From Balanoglossus misakiensis (taxonomy: Eukaryota > Animalia > Hemichordata): a stretch of DNA of 64,000 bases. Below, piece by piece: positions 25,254 through 39,786 of the stretch. The stretch is from positions 6,889,519 to 6,953,518 of the forward strand of contig CM082580.2 in the NCBI GenBank assembly GCA_040954595.2, read 5' to 3'. The position numbers were made by a program, and so were the translations under genes. How positions within the stretch are numbered: position 1 is the first letter of the stretch; each line of letters starts with the position of its first letter. The notes below the pieces were generated by a model. It saw only the letters and a program-made list of their open reading frames with translations. It was not told where the DNA came from and did no database searches.

Positions 25254-28200
25254 TCATTTCTTTAGAGCAACCCCTGGAGCTTGCCAGGTAATGATATCCG
25301 TTAAAAACAAGCTGCTCCTGCCCAATGCATCTCGGTATTGTCGAACCTGACGAGACCAGCTAGAATGTAGAGTAGATATGAATACTTTGGCCCCTGCAAT
25401 AAAACAGTAAATTGTCTCGGTAATCAAGAAATCCCACATATTTCTTTTATGTGTCACATAAAGTAAATGTACTAAATGTAAAGTTTTCTGAAAGCAACTT
25501 ACGTATGCAAATTTCTTGTTCAACCAATGACCACATGTAATTGTCGTGAACCAGTGACGACGTAACATTCGGGTATTTTGGAGAATTTAAGTCTGCGATT
25601 CCGACAACATTGGGAACTTTGCCGTCCTTCAGAATTTGTAGCATTGTCTGCACAGAGTAAAAAAATATTGTGTACTCTGTCGTGAGATGGTTGTTACAAA
25701 TTTGATGTAAAAAATGTATATAGGTAGTATTTAAAGCGCAAAATTCTTCAATGTGACCAAGCCCTAATTCCTAAGTGGTAAAATCGCAGTTGTGGACAAC
25801 CTCTTGCATCATGTGTGTATATATATTTGTTTAAAGTCTTAATGATACAAATGTTCATTCGTTTAAATATACCAGGGTTACATCGGTATATTATTTATTG
25901 CACGTTCATGAAACTCCCGGGATATAGGAATATTATTGTTTTTATATCGAGGTACTAGTACTTTTCAAAGTGGGGAAATGTCTATTTCCCAGAAGCTGTC
26001 AAATTTGTAGTTTTTTGGGGACGCTAAAGGTCAAGTCAGAGAAAATCAAATGGTATAATTAATTGCATGATCTCTCTGTATCTCACTTGGGGCTTCGATT
26101 TGGGAATGGGCGATTACGTGTAGATTTTGAAACTTACCTTTGCGAACGGCGGAAAGGCTACATAAATGCACGAGAGATTATTTTTCTTCATAAATGTCCT
26201 GATGTCCTGAGCGGCGACGGCGGCCGTTTTGTTAATACCTGCGACCAGGTCATAATACTCCTTCGGGCAGACGTTTCGTTGAGGTTTGCAGCTGTGGAGA
26301 TGATAAAACGTTTTATTACACCTCACTCTGTATTCCGTACTATTGATTGGCTGAGACCATACCACGTGACATAGAAAAGAACGTGATATTACATGGTTGA
26401 CAGAGTATATGGCCCGTAGGTAGGGGCTACGGGCCGGGGATACGCGCGCGCTGAGAGTATATTGCAGGCTGAGAACAGGTTTTAGGTTCTGCGGCTCGGG
26501 CATCATCAATATTATGGTCAGAGATCACCATCCCTCGTGCAGGCCAAAGATCATGATATTGCCCTCGCTAACATGTGTTATTTATATTTAACCATAAATA
26601 TCAGTTTTTGTTTTGCATGTGTGACGTCATCACGTACACTGTGTGTTTTCGTAGCCCAACTGGTATGGTGTAATTATTTTGTGAGAAGCTAAGCTTCTCT
26701 TGTTACAAGAAAGATTTCGTTCGCCAAGACTCGTGGAAGACACGCTATTCTTGTAACTACTGAAAACACCCACGGGAGAAACCAGTATAGACCCCCCCCC
26801 CTTCACCGTTCCATCAGGATAGAATATGGTCCATACTTCATCATCTAGTCTCCTCCCAGGGTCAAATGCTCGCGACCTTTATTTCTTTATAACATTTGGG
26901 ACTTATGCTACTACTCACTCACTCTTCTCCAGATCTGTTCCTCCAGTGAAAGGCCATGTACGGTTTTCCATCGCACAGTTTCGACCCGATCTCCTCCGCC
27001 AGCCGACTTATCCGTTCGGCGTGGACCAGGTGCCTGTCGACGGTGCCGTCCGCCAGCTCGTTCCCGGGGCTGAGCGGTGATTTCCAGAAGAGAGGCATGT
27101 AGACCCCGAGGCACCTCACCGACGAAGCCTCGCGGTAGGCGGCGAGGAGCTCGCCCTGTTCAATCGGGCGGTCGGGCAAGCTGGGCAGATTCATCCCGTA
27201 GATCTGGCGGTATTTTCGCGCCCTCTCTTCGTAGGCCTCGCGGCCGACCTCCGCGGACGGATCGAACAGCATCCGCTCGATCGTGTGGTTGCAGTCTCTG
27301 TTGAACTCCTCGACCGACGCAACTCCAACGACTTGGCGCAGTTTCGACACGTCGTACGTTTCGTTGAATAGCCGCAGTTGCCTGTTCCCGTCTTCCTGAG
27401 TCCAGTGCGTGAAAAAGTACGGCTCGACAATGGTCCGATTCTCGTGTATGGCGTAAGCGAGGCCGATCCTGAAAGAGTTGTAGTGCACGTTCGGGCCGTT
27501 CATGTCGAAGTGCATGGACAGGAGGTAGCGGCGCGACGAAGGAACCTGCACTCCAACTGATGGTGGAACAGTCTATGGAAAGATCATAATATTTTAAATT
27601 ACGCCACGGCTTCAATCAGTTTGCCTACAAAATGAAATACGAAGCACAGAAAACGCGAATTCAACAAGGGGAGTGGGGCAACCGAAGAAGGGGCTACATT
27701 ACAGGACTACTAGAGAAAAAAAAACATCGAGTTGTGTCAATCTCATTTGTAAAATTTCGATGTTTAATAAGAAGTTGTTTAATTCAGGACTAATGCTTGA
27801 TAATTCCAGGTTGCCTCATATCCCTGAAAACCGATATCTGTTGCAAGTTTCATTCATATTCTTGTCAATTAAAAATATGCGTTTCATATACATAACCCAC
27901 AGTGATTTGCCATCGCAAACTATTGAAATCACCATCAAGTAGAAGAGTTTGTGGAACAGAAGGTTCCATGCGCCCAAACAAGTGGGACATAACAGATTTC
28001 ATCAAATATGCTCGGATATGAAAAAGTTCACCAAGGGCCGCCCTGAAATTCGGGAGGGGGGGGTCCTCCTCCCTTATTGATCTGCCAACAAAGGATTTCG
28101 TCTGCATCAACTACAGAAGCTGAGATATTCGAGAGTAGATCATTTCTTGTCCCTTATTGGCCAATATCAACTAAAACCCAGGTGTCCACCCATTACGGAT

Positions 28201-30060
28201 GCCAGCATATGCAAAAGCAGACTATATTAGATCACCCCAGAATGGGTGAACTTATATCAGTTGGTGAACAAATTCTATTCAAAGACCAATCACTTTTCTT
28301 CCTCAAACACAATGACGTATACATACACGGATACCACAGAGATTTATTCAGGGATTTGATAGAAAAAGTTGTTTGCCCGTTTACAGTAAATGTTGTAACG
28401 GGACAAATACATCCTACATGAACCCGCACTCCATCAAAGATCAGTGATCATATTTCAGGATTCGGTAGATTCGGATTTGCGCAAGCGATTGTGCTCACTC
28501 TATATGCTACCAACAGCTGCTCTCACTTTTTACACATCAATCCCACATGGCCTTCATCACAAATTCCAGACTCATTGTTGATGAGTCTGTGAGAGAAAAT
28601 GAACAAACAATAAGGTGGGATACTCCCATGATTTTCTGGAGGGTTTTACCTCAAAAACGAAAATTTGCCCAGAAGAAAATACCATCCCATAATACTTTGG
28701 AATAGAGTTGCTCATCGCATGATAGCTGAACGAGAACAGAAGATTTTATTGTTTTGCAGGTTAATAGCAATATTGATATTATCCTCCCATTATTATTTTA
28801 TGATTAAGATCCTAAATGCGCCCGAATGGGCGACATAAACGAGTTTATTAAAGCAGTCTGGTAAAGTTTATCACCGATTGATATTGGAAAACCAGGCGCA
28901 TTCCCAACATTTCTCCATTTTGTACGGGCTGTTAAAGTATATGTCGTCTCCAATTCCTGCAGACAGACAAACAGCTGCGACAGAATGGCTGCAGCTGGTT
29001 GGGGTGGTAATGGGTGTCACGTGACCTTCAATATTCACATAATGTAAGTGCGCGTGACCTCAGGCCCTCAACGCTTGTTTCATAAAGACCTATGAAATCC
29101 GTTAAATGGCACTTGTGTCGTTGTCATAATGATGTATTGTTGGTGTTTTTTGTAACATGAGTAAAATGTAACACAATGCTGAATCTGGCCTGAGTCAGTC
29201 GTTTTTTTTTCTTTGCGGGTTTTACATCGAAATCTGACATCAAGCCCCGAAGGACAAATCACAGAACCATATGGCTGAAATGATGTATTTGAGCGTTCTA
29301 AAGTACATATAGTGGCGCTCTTTTTTCGCGTGTGCCACTCCCTGAAAATCTGTGATTGGCTAGATCTCAGTTTGCCATGGTAACTATAGCTAATCTTCCA
29401 TAGTCGAACGTATGTACATGTAACACGTAACACACGAATGGCACTATTTTGAGAAAATGAAATGTGGATAAAATGTGTTAGGAGTTCAGAAGAGTACGTG
29501 CAGTACACACCTGCTGAAAGTTTGTCGTGTTTAATTTTGTCAGTGGCCAAATTACGACATTTTCCTCAAGCACAGCAAATACTTCTATCTTTTTTTACAT
29601 AAATTATTCGTACGCATTCATCACACACACAAAAGTTCGGGGCCTGTTTTATGTGGCATGGACGTGCGGCTACCGGGTAGAATTTTAATGCGAAAAGAAC
29701 ACGTACCTGAGAGGACGAATTCCTCAAGAGATCGGTTGTGTTTTGCTTTTTTGTCCCAGCTGCCTGCAAGATTACACTTTTGTTTTCGGCGTCGTGGTGA
29801 ACTTTCGAGCCGTCGTCTGCTTCCGTAAGCGGCGTTGCGGCGGTCCCGTTGGGCGCCGGCGAGGCATTCCCCGCCTCCGTCTGCAGCTCGCGAAGTTTCT
29901 CGATGGCCGAAATGTACGTTGAGACGCTGTCGTAGACGAAGTTCTGCTCGCTCTGCCAGGCCGACATCAGGATCATACCGATCACGCAAAGCGCCACGAC
30001 CAGCGTGAACAGGACCTTGCGGTCGAAGTGTGCGGAGCACTGAAGCGGCATCGCGTTCAT
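25254..30060 (-). CDS. Type II membrane GDP-fucose O-fucosyltransferase-like protein (POFUT-like GT-B fold), paralogue A
   Basis: N-terminal TM segment KVLFTLVVALCVIGMILMSAW; exons ~30060-29707, 27545-26923, 26282-26138, 25648-25503, 25393-25254. Motifs NGPNVH, RTIVEP, YMAFHWRNR (conserved H-x-R), EQEIC and SSWS (nucleotide-sugar binding). Confidence 0.8.
27740..28600 (+). mobile_element. Possible highly decayed L1/Tx1-type LINE ORF2 remnant in an intron
   Basis: Broken ORF pieces (...KSLWNRR, GGVLLP, ILFKDQSLFF...DL) loosely follow the order of post-RT L1/Tx1 ORF2 motifs. No YADD motif seen. Confidence 0.25.
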
Positions 30061-31497
30061 TCCACCGTCAAAATATTTTTTGTCATTCCGGAGATAAGAC
30101 CGCGGATGCCCACCCGTACCCACCTGCGTATCCAATGACAACCATGATGGTACAGCCTGCGCGTAGAATGCCACGTGTTTTCCGTCAATTATTGTCGATG
30201 GCAAAAATTATAAACGTTGTTTTTGTTTGGTTACAGCTGTTTGTTCTCAACTGGCGCGATGTTTTCAGATCCTCTGCCACATTTTCACATCCAAGTTTCG
30301 AAGCGAAATTGTGGCCCCAAACGTTCGAATTTTAATATTTGAATGCCAGGAACCAGATATGAACTGAATATGCTCACGTGATTATAGTTTGAAATGTACA
30401 AATTCAAGCAATTAATTTTCATCAAATTCAACTTTCATTCAATCGCAGCCTATCTCTATTATCCATGACTATCTTTATGAAACATATTTCTAGTAAGTGT
30501 CATAAAATTTGTTCAATCCCCGATTTACGGTATAGTGATTATGCACCAATTTGTTAAATATTCAAATCAGCAACTTTTCACGTGACACTGGTAAATGCCT
30601 CCCAGTACATTCAGATAGCGTCAGATCAATATCTGTACCGTGGGTTTCATCAAAGTACATTCAGTTATTTCAGTAATACATGCATATGTCCAAATCAGAA
30701 AAGTTATGTGAAAACTATTTGTGTGACACGTTTCGTCAAATTCGGTGCAGTCACTGTATTGATGCATGCACATTAGTCTGGTCGGGAGTGACACATACCC
30801 TGCACTCATCCGCGGGTCACATTAAGATCACATCTAGTTCTTACATTATTTTGTTCTCCCCAGGTTAAAATTAACAAAACGCGGGTCATCATTGGTTTAT
30901 AGCAGCACCAGGTGGTATGACTCATGTTTTTTTTAAATCGTAATACACACATTTGCAGGGGAGATTGGCAGAGTATGAGGGCGCCGAACCATTCTTCACT
31001 GAGTACAAAAAAGTTGTGTTCAGTGTTGTGCCCGCCGTTTTGGCCAAGAAATAATTAAAACAAAATCTCAGCGAAAATATATTCCGGTTAAAATAAAGTA
31101 TTCCACACACAGTCACTTGGTAGTTGAATTGTATAACACGGCCGCGGCGATCTGTACACAAAGTATAATGTGAGATAAACCATAGGCGGCACCGTAGTCA
31201 CTGTGTGTGCCTATAAGCCCAACTTCGGTGCCAACTGTGAGATAAACGAAATGGGAACACGGAGGTTCGTGAATTCCACTGTCAACTGATCTCTTTTGGT
31301 GATGCATTGGGCAATCCCCGTGTTTTTTGAGCTTGAAAAAATAATAAGTTGCACGCTGTAACCGCAGCCGCGTCGCCTTTGCCTGTGTGTTCGTCAGCTT
31401 GTGCACGCAATCCACGGTTGAAGGTGACGGCAGCAATCAATCAGACTGGTGCATGTCTCTCAGTATGCGGATTCCATGCACCCTGTCATGCTTTCAG

Positions 31498-34047
31498 GTG
31501 ACGTTCATGTTTTCGACCGTGTTGGTCGGCTGTTTCGTTTACTCCATGGTATCCTGGACCAGTTCCGGCTACTTTCCTTCCGCGAAAGCCTGGCAGGCTC
31601 GTCTTGGAACGGTCAACAGGAGCGGAAACTACGGAAGACCGAACAGCGAAGCCAACAAAAGTGATATCGTCGACGGGCACTTTTCCAACCAGGGAGCGCA
31701 ACCGCACGCGCACATCACGGATGGTGGCAATGCGACCATCTCCGAGGTTGGTAACCTTTCTCGTCTTTTTGCGACTCGTGTGAGGCTCATTTTGGTCGCG
31801 TTTCGGTATGTCGTCATTGTACCGTTTCTATACAACGATCAGCGAAAACAAGCCCAATATCATACAAAGTTCTGAAATGAGAGGCCGATTGCACAGAATA
31901 TTGTGTGCGTATACACGGAGTTCTGGCCAATTTCATCCACTATTAAAAATGGATCTGCTATATCCTCCCAGTCATTACTCTATGTGGTCCGCAACTTACC
32001 CCACTAACCATGTCTCTCTGAAATGAAACTGGAGATATCACCACGGACAGTGACCAGACTGTTGATCTATCTCAATGATCACCAAACGGCATCACGTCAA
32101 CTTGCCTTTATCCCGTGCCAATGTGTTAAAATTGGCCACGGATTCGAACATTTCCCTTGGTCGTTTTTTTTTCTTGAATCGTAACTTGAACTGGAATTCA
32201 GGATTGTAAAGTGTTTTTCTCCCTATACATTTTACAGTTGCCAGAATCTACCGGTGGCGTCAAGGTTAATGAAGGCAATAGTCGCTACCTGTTGCACGTA
32301 CACTACGATCTAAACGGTCCCAACGTGCAGCACTTTGCCTTCAAAGCAGGCGTGGCCTACGCCAAATATTCGAACAGGACAATAGTGGAACCGCTCTTTT
32401 TCACACACTGGACACAAGAACATTCTTACAGGCGACTCAGGACTTTTAATGAGACGTACGACGCGAAAGAGTTGGCGAAAATAGTCCGCGTGTCGACATT
32501 CGCGGAATTCCACGATTCGTGCAACAGTTCGATCGATGTCTTGCTCATCCCACCAGAAAAGGTCTTGTCGTCTGCTGAGTATGAAAATAAAAGGTCTATA
32601 TACAGCAACGTGTATAACATTTCCCTTCCACCGTTCAGCGAAATCGCAAACACCAGGAGTGAGCGAATTCGAGCCTTGAGGGCTTCCAGCTCTGTGAAGT
32701 GTCTTGGGATCTACGAACCAAGCTTCTCCATCTGGAAGAGCTGGCCCGTTTTGCCAGACGACAGCGACGTGTTAAATCTCGTGGAGAGGCACCTGATACG
32801 CGCACCGGGAATAAGAAGAGTGGCGAAGAGTACAGCGAATAAAATGTGTGGTCGGCGGCCGTACCTGGCCTTGCACTGGCGAAACAGAACAGGTGAAATG
32901 TGAGTTTTATTTTTTTCATCTTTTTTTTCTATCATTAGAATTAAACACAGAGACAGTTTGCTGGCTTATTTGCCCAGTTTTCTTTCTTGTCTCCGCGGTA
33001 AAGTAAGTTTCAAAGTAAGTTTCTGTCCGCTAAACAGTGACCAACAGTACATTCAAAGTACAAGGCATAAATTGTACACGTTTTCTTCGTATTTGAGAAG
33101 GGGTTAAAATTCCACTGTGCATTTTCTACAGAATGGTGGGCGAGTCACAAACCGGGAATTATCTGTACGTGGCCACAATTCTACATGCGTGAAAGCGGTT
33201 AAAACTGTGGTATATAAGGGCTAGGGTCTACCCCGTTCAATGGGAGTAAATTGCATTACCTTTCATTTAATTTGCATATGCAATTTGGCATGCAAAAACA
33301 TTCTGATAATTTACATGTTATCCACCAGTTGCAAGCCGGGACGTCCGTGCCAAAACACAAGCCTCATCGCCGCCATAAACAAAACGGCTGCCGTGGCCGC
33401 CGATGATTTGAAAAAATTCATGACGAAGACCAACCTTACGTGCACGTACGTTGCCTTTCCTCCATATGCGAAGGTGAGAGTTTCTAAAACTTGTCTTACC
33501 GGTGTCAGGTGTCGTATTCCCTAACTCTGTGCCTATGGTGATATACATGTATTATATTCTCAAACTGTGTACGCATTCTTTTCGGTTGCTGGCACGGTTA
33601 TTGGGGCACGTGTACTTCCAGAGAGGCGCATGTTCTTTATATGGCAAGCAGTTTCTTTGAATTTTAACCGTTGTGCCAAATGGTGTGTTCTTGAAGTCAC
33701 ACGCTTCCATTTCATCCTTCGCTCGTGTAATCAAATGCGCTTATCAAATGTGACATTCTCTCTCTCTGTCTCTCATCCATTTCCTTCAGAGTATGATTGA
33801 CATTTTAAATGATGCCAAAGTACCGAATGTCGTGACCAGAGAAGATATCACCGGGCCAGAATTCCCGGAGGTTGAACGATTCAAAGGCGACAACTACATG
33901 TTGGCGTTAATTGAGCAGGAGATTTGCATAAGTGAGTGTTTTGAACCCCGAACCATGGGGCAAATAGATGTTTAAATCCAGACAAACCTTTTTATTCTCA
34001 TTCATTCATTCATTCATCCGTTCGTTCGTTCGTTCATTCATTCATGT

Positions 34048-34099
<52 letters not shown>

Positions 34100-34321
34100 C
34101 CACCACCACCACCACATCCACCACCACCACATCCACCGCCGCCACCCCAGATTTTACTTTTAAATTCCATTTGTCTTTCAGGATCGAGTATTTTCATAGC
34201 GACATTATTCTCCAGCTGGTCAGGAGTGGTGAAGTCTGCCAGGAAAGTGATTGGCGCCCCCACCGAGACGTTACCAGACTTCATAACGTGGAGAGATGAG
34301 AGGGTGGCCCTCAGGAGGTGA
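31498..34321 (+). CDS. O-fucosyltransferase-like protein, paralogue B (start codon uncertain)
   Basis: Exons ~31498-31746 (TM FMFSTVLVGCFVYSMVSW), 32239-32899, 33329-33473, 33790-33930, 34182-34321. Motifs NGPNVQ, YLALHWRNR, EQEIC, SSWS; same exon structure as paralogue A. Confidence 0.82.
33998..34148 (+). repeat. Compound microsatellite (TTCA)n(TTCG)n(CAT)n(CAC)n in an intron
   Basis: Directly visible short tandem repeats just upstream of the last acceptor of paralogue B. Confidence 0.95.
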
Positions 34322-35041
34322 CTTCTTTGCCAGTGGAACGTAAGATCATGAAGATGGGTCAGAGGTCCCCCCCTCCCCTTTGACAGATGATGTCATCAGT
34401 GCCAATGCGAAGTGTGAAGTTGGCACACCGATTCATCAATTGTAAAACTACGAGATGTTGACTTTAACGACTTTGTAATAACTTCACTGAAGCTTCTATA
34501 GCAAGGTTTTATTCTGAATGGTCATGGATGCAAAGAGACACGTAGGATTACACACCCTTAAGTAGCTTTTAACCTGCGAAGGGACAAATGTGGGTGGTGG
34601 CCAGAATTGACCAGGAATGAAAAGGTGGAGCTAGGGCTGCTTTTAGAAAACGTAGCGGGTGAGTAAGGACAAAGTAGATATTTATTTTTCCTGTCAAAGA
34701 TTGCACACTCACCATCTGCAAATAGTTTACACAAGCACATACATATTAGCCTTCATAGGAGACTTTCAAATCCTTTCAAATTGTTCAGCTTTTGGTTCAG
34801 CTTCTCATTAAACACAAGAACAAAACGCCCGTCAAATACAGCAATATATTTCACATGTTTATTTACAGTTTGTGAAGCATAACAGGAACTTTTTGTTACA
34901 ACAAATACCACAATATTTAGACAAAAAAGTATGGACACCATCTTAGTAATTCCACTGCATTGGGTGGAAGTCAAATCCGGTGTTTTTATCACATGATTCA
35001 GGATACAGTAATAGATGCCATATTGAGAAGTTGTTTTGATT

Positions 35042-38000
35042 TTACGATGACTTCTGATCGATGACTTCCCACAGTCCCGACAGTGTGAATCCATCTTTGA
35101 GTTTCTCGATGGCCAGGCCGAGCTCTTCAGAATACACGGGTGGACGGTCTTTCTGTTTGTCGCCGTCAGCAAAGTAGGCCTGCGAAGAGAAAGGCAAATG
35201 TCACAACCTGAACCCTTTCACCCCCCAGTTCCCTCTTTAGAGGTCCAACCTTACCGTAGATAACAATGGCTTTGGACTGAACCATGGTTTTTGAAAGGGT
35301 TAAAATTCAGTGCCCTTGATCACACAGCAAGGTTGCCACTAGCTCAATTCAATATGTGATCTTGCTTCACTTCGACGCATTGCTTTTGGCCTTCTTGCAT
35401 GCATGTCACAAAAATAGTTCAAGTGCTTCTACATTGATTCTACATAGAGAAAGAGTCGTACAGTCACTTGCCGGAGATTACATGCAAACTTGCTGACACC
35501 ACATTTCAGTACGACTTGCACGATGCATCTGGCTGCCCCCCCCCCCCTCTACAGAATGAGCATTTTAAACACAGGGGAAAAAGTCTTGACAACACAGCCA
35601 GTAATAAAAATTCACCATCCACCCATTGCATTTCCAAAGGCCTGTGTAGCTCACCACGACCCATCCTAAGAGTTCACCACAAAGCAGAAGTCCCCCGTTG
35701 TGACAACACAACACATTAACCGACACTACTCACAGCAAACGCATCCGACTGCTCGTCGTCATTCACAATCTCCACGTCATCCTCCACGGTTTCGACGGTC
35801 AGCTCGTCCAGGTGCTGGGGTCTGTCCTCCGTCTCGTACTCGATGCCAAAGATCGCATTGGCACTGTACACCCTGTGCAGGCTCTGTATCTCCTTGACAA
35901 CCTCTTGGAGTTTATCCACGGGATCTATCCTGAAACCCAGCACGTACCCGCCACTCTGCAAAAAAAAAAAAAAAAAAAAAATGACATCGTAGGTCAAGGG
36001 TTAGTGGATAAATTATCATGGACACACACATACACCAGTGTTTTTGCTAAGGTTGGGGAACATTGGTAATGGATTTGGGAACCCCGGAAACATTTCTACA
36101 ACCCCCTAATATAACTACATTGATACACCCAGAAGAACCCCGGTAAAATGACTGGGGAACTGCGGTAGGTTTTACCTAGATACCGCCCTTAACAAAAACA
36201 CTGTACACCATGAACTGATCTCAGATGGCTGGAACGATCAGCGGCAGCGCTCAAAAACTGTAAAATATTGGAGAACACTCACCTGTACTGATGTTTCCAG
36301 GACTAAGGCTAAACCAAATTTTGAATCACGGATCTTCACCGATCTCTGAAGGCAAAATTTACATGTAGAAATGTTAGGGCAATGTTATTATTACAATTTA
36401 AAACAAAAAAATCATATCATAGTTCGACAGACCAGTCTGATTAATTTCTGATTTTTCAGAAACCTTTCCTTCTGCAAGATGAACAGTTTTATATGGTACC
36501 AAGGACATATATAAATGGTCAAGGAAAATTTTTAAAAATGAAGAGGTTTTGAACAGAAAAGATAAATAAATTACACATATGTTATAGTTATGAATATCAA
36601 ATCAGTTTATGTTTCAATTCTAAAAATAATTTTAATGATTTATCTCTAGGTGTTTTTATGTATTTTTCATCATAAATAGGATTCTGAATTCACTCACCAT
36701 CTGCAGATAGGGCACACTGACGTTAAATGTGTCATTCATATTGGCATGCCAGACTAGCCGCACATTGGTGATGAAAAATGTACCGAGGTTCCCCTGGAGA
36801 GAAAAGTAGAAAATAGAGCAAACGGATTATGAACAGTTGCCCTGGCGACAGAGCCCAACCCGTGCCCAGTGCTGTAGTATTTTTCTTGTGCAGGAAACGT
36901 GCTTGCATTTATGTTTAGAGTATAAACACCATCTGGTGTGCCAAATAAAGTGTTCGCTTCGTGTAAAAAACAGGTACCAGTGGATTTCTGACAGTAACTT
37001 ATTTTGCTGCGCGTGGTGAAATCATTCTGATTGAGTTTAGGAAATCTTTTGATGTCAGTAAACAGCAATATATTGCTTGCTTACTTACTAGAGTCCGTGT
37101 GTAAATCTGTTCCCACTAAATTTACCATGACTTGTTGGCAACACCAGGCAAAACATTGAATCAAACAGCAAGATATCAACAAACCAATTTAATATGTACT
37201 GAGCTGTCTCTCTTATCAGCGACTACCATTTTCACTTTCAGCTGATTTGCAATCTGGACAGGCTATAAGAATTATGCACTTCCCAACGAGGATGTGTTGA
37301 ACAACATCCACAATGTTTACCTGTTCGACCCATTTTTGAGAACATGAAACAACTGTGAAAACAGAGATCCAAACAACGCGATTCAAAGTAAACTACAGAG
37401 GCTGCCAGAGATTGGCAGCATATCTGTCACAATGAACAGAAAAAACAGCAATGGTAGCTTAAAAATCATCTCTATAAAACTGTTGCCCTCTGAAATGGGA
37501 GCGAGTGTAACAAAAAAAAACACCCCATTCCATATTCAGCTGCTGAGAGCATTTTACTTGTCATACCTGATCACTGGACAAATTCCAGACACCGTTTACT
37601 TTATCGTAGACTTGTTCCTGGGGTAGAAGTCGCAGCTGTTTGTTATTGATGAGAGCTCCTCTCAGTTTCAAGTCCCGATACATCTTGGTTGTCTCATACG
37701 CACTGAAGCAGAATTCACATTCACACAAAATATCAGGTAACGGACACTTGTATTTGAAATGCAGTGCTCTTAGTATAATATAACATTTCATAAGATATCT
37801 ATATTGAAGAAATATGACATTCACGGCAGATTTTATGAAAATTGGTTTATGACAGGCCATACCAATAATTTTACTTTCTCGACTAGAGAGGGCGCCCTTT
37901 GACATAACTAGAGTGTAATTTTTCCTCTGCAGTTTATTAAGGACTCTCTGGAAACCTGTCTATACTGAACACCTTTTCCAGTCTCTTACCGATGCACTGC

Positions 38001-39786
38001 AATGACCGACGTGAACAACCGGGGACTTCCCGGGACCAGGTTGGTGAAGATGAACTCGAACCTGGTGTTGTTGCACCTGGTCAGGATGTACAGGGCCTCC
38101 GTCTGGCCCCGCAGTTTGGAGTGGGCCGTCCTGGTGGTGATGTTGACGATGCAGTTGTAACCCACCGAGAGGTTGACCCTGGGCAGGGTCTGCGAGTGCC
38201 AGATCATGCGCAGGTTGGTGACCAGCAGGCGTCCTGCGATACGCAAATAAAAGAAGAGGTTCCTGGAACAATGAAGTCACCACATGACGGCAGACGAGAT
38301 CTGATCGGAATGCAATTCTTACAAAACTAGCAGGCATGTGTGTGCACGTCAGCCATAATGCGACTCCACACATACTGTACAAATACAAATCCAAGAATGT
38401 ATTGCACGATTGAAGACCACAGGTTACGGCAGCCAGTGGGTGTATAATATTAATGCAGTGTGTATACACTATACATGTATGTACCCACCTACAAAATAGT
38501 GTGCGGTCTGTGGAGCATAGAATCCACCGCCCACCACAGAGGCAGCTGCTGCCAGGTGGTAAGAGTTGCCCACATAGATCAGAGCTTTACAGGTGAAGGA
38601 GGGGGGAAAGTATAGACAGGTACATGCCAGGGTCATCATTGCGTGTTGTTAGAGTTACCAGTCAATATGCTAGCATTTTTATAATGATATTATAATGTGT
38701 ATGTCTTATGATTACGTTTTGTATATGCTTGCTATAATAGTTAAAGCTCAGTACAGCTTATCAGAATTTACTTCATGATTTTAATAATTTCATATGTACA
38801 AGGTGTATTTTGATGGAGCTATTTAGTGCAAATGCCTTGACCCCAATTGCATTCAATTGTGGGTTTGACATATTGAATAAGTGCTATGGATGTGAATGGT
38901 AGCTATGATTTATCCGGCAAAACTCAGGCAAATGTCACAGTAGCAATGTTTTGGATGTGCATGTACCTGTACTTCCCAACAGAAAGACAAGCAAAAGCTC
39001 TGGGGTTACAAAGTGGATGGAATGGAGCAAAGGGAATTATGGGTAAAGGAAGAGATATATAGAACCAGCATGAGGTGCTGACTAGCTGACAGATTTTCGT
39101 AAAGATTTCTATGATGAAATGAATCTATACACGTATAATAACAAATGGCCTCACAACCACCTCTGGAATTGTGTTGAAAAGTTTCCCGTTGTAATGTAGT
39201 GTTTACTGTATTTGTACCACAGTTACTTGCTGCAGATCTGTAGCCCCCGAGGAGGTGTGGGGCGACAGAACTGCAGCAACACATTTACATGTACATGTAC
39301 TTAGTACACACTTACCTCTATCACCATTATTGCCTTTGGTATCTTCAACAGAATCCAATCTGTCAATCAGAGTTTCACCAGAACGTGTCCGCATTTGCCT
39401 TCATGTTCAATAAGAAATGCAGGAAATACTTTTACTGTCAAGTACATGTATGTATGTCACATTGTCAACAAACACAACTGAAATGACACAGAAAAATACT
39501 AGTGGGCGATCGCCGTGTGTATACCGATCCAAGTGACTGTGGATTGTGCCATGGGAAGCTTGCAGAATACAGTTTAAGCATTTTGACCGAGAAGCAAACG
39601 TTCAACTCAGTCATTAGGCTTTGAATGGGTCGGATTGTTGTCACGTTGACATGGCAATATGTCATCAACTGCCATCGATATCCAAAGCAGGGGTAAATAG
39701 TATTTTGTTATAATCAACCGAACTTACTGTGGACTGATATCAAAACGGACGTCCCGGTCCTCCCACAGAGCATCGAACGTAGCCAT
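35042..39786 (-). CDS. BBS5: Bardet-Biedl syndrome 5 protein (BBSome subunit)
   Basis: [124 protein letters not shown]; eight exons. Confidence 0.98.
36036..36203. mobile_element. ~170-bp MITE with CAGTG termini (hAT-like ends) in a BBS5 intron
   Basis: TIRs cagtgtttttgctaagg / ccttaacaaaaacactg, flanked by a tacac direct repeat. No clear 8-bp TSD. Confidence 0.55.

Noticed and set aside
27077-27615. Overlapping alternative-frame and antisense ORFs here and at 41342-42094, 47210-47860, 53954-54601, 55402-56025, 61239-61711
   Set aside because: Shadows of GC-rich or low-complexity real exons; no independent motifs or splice signals.
33968-34321. Poly-Ser/Pro and antisense poly-Asp/Gly ORFs
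   Set aside because: Translation of an intronic microsatellite; only 34182-34321 is coding.
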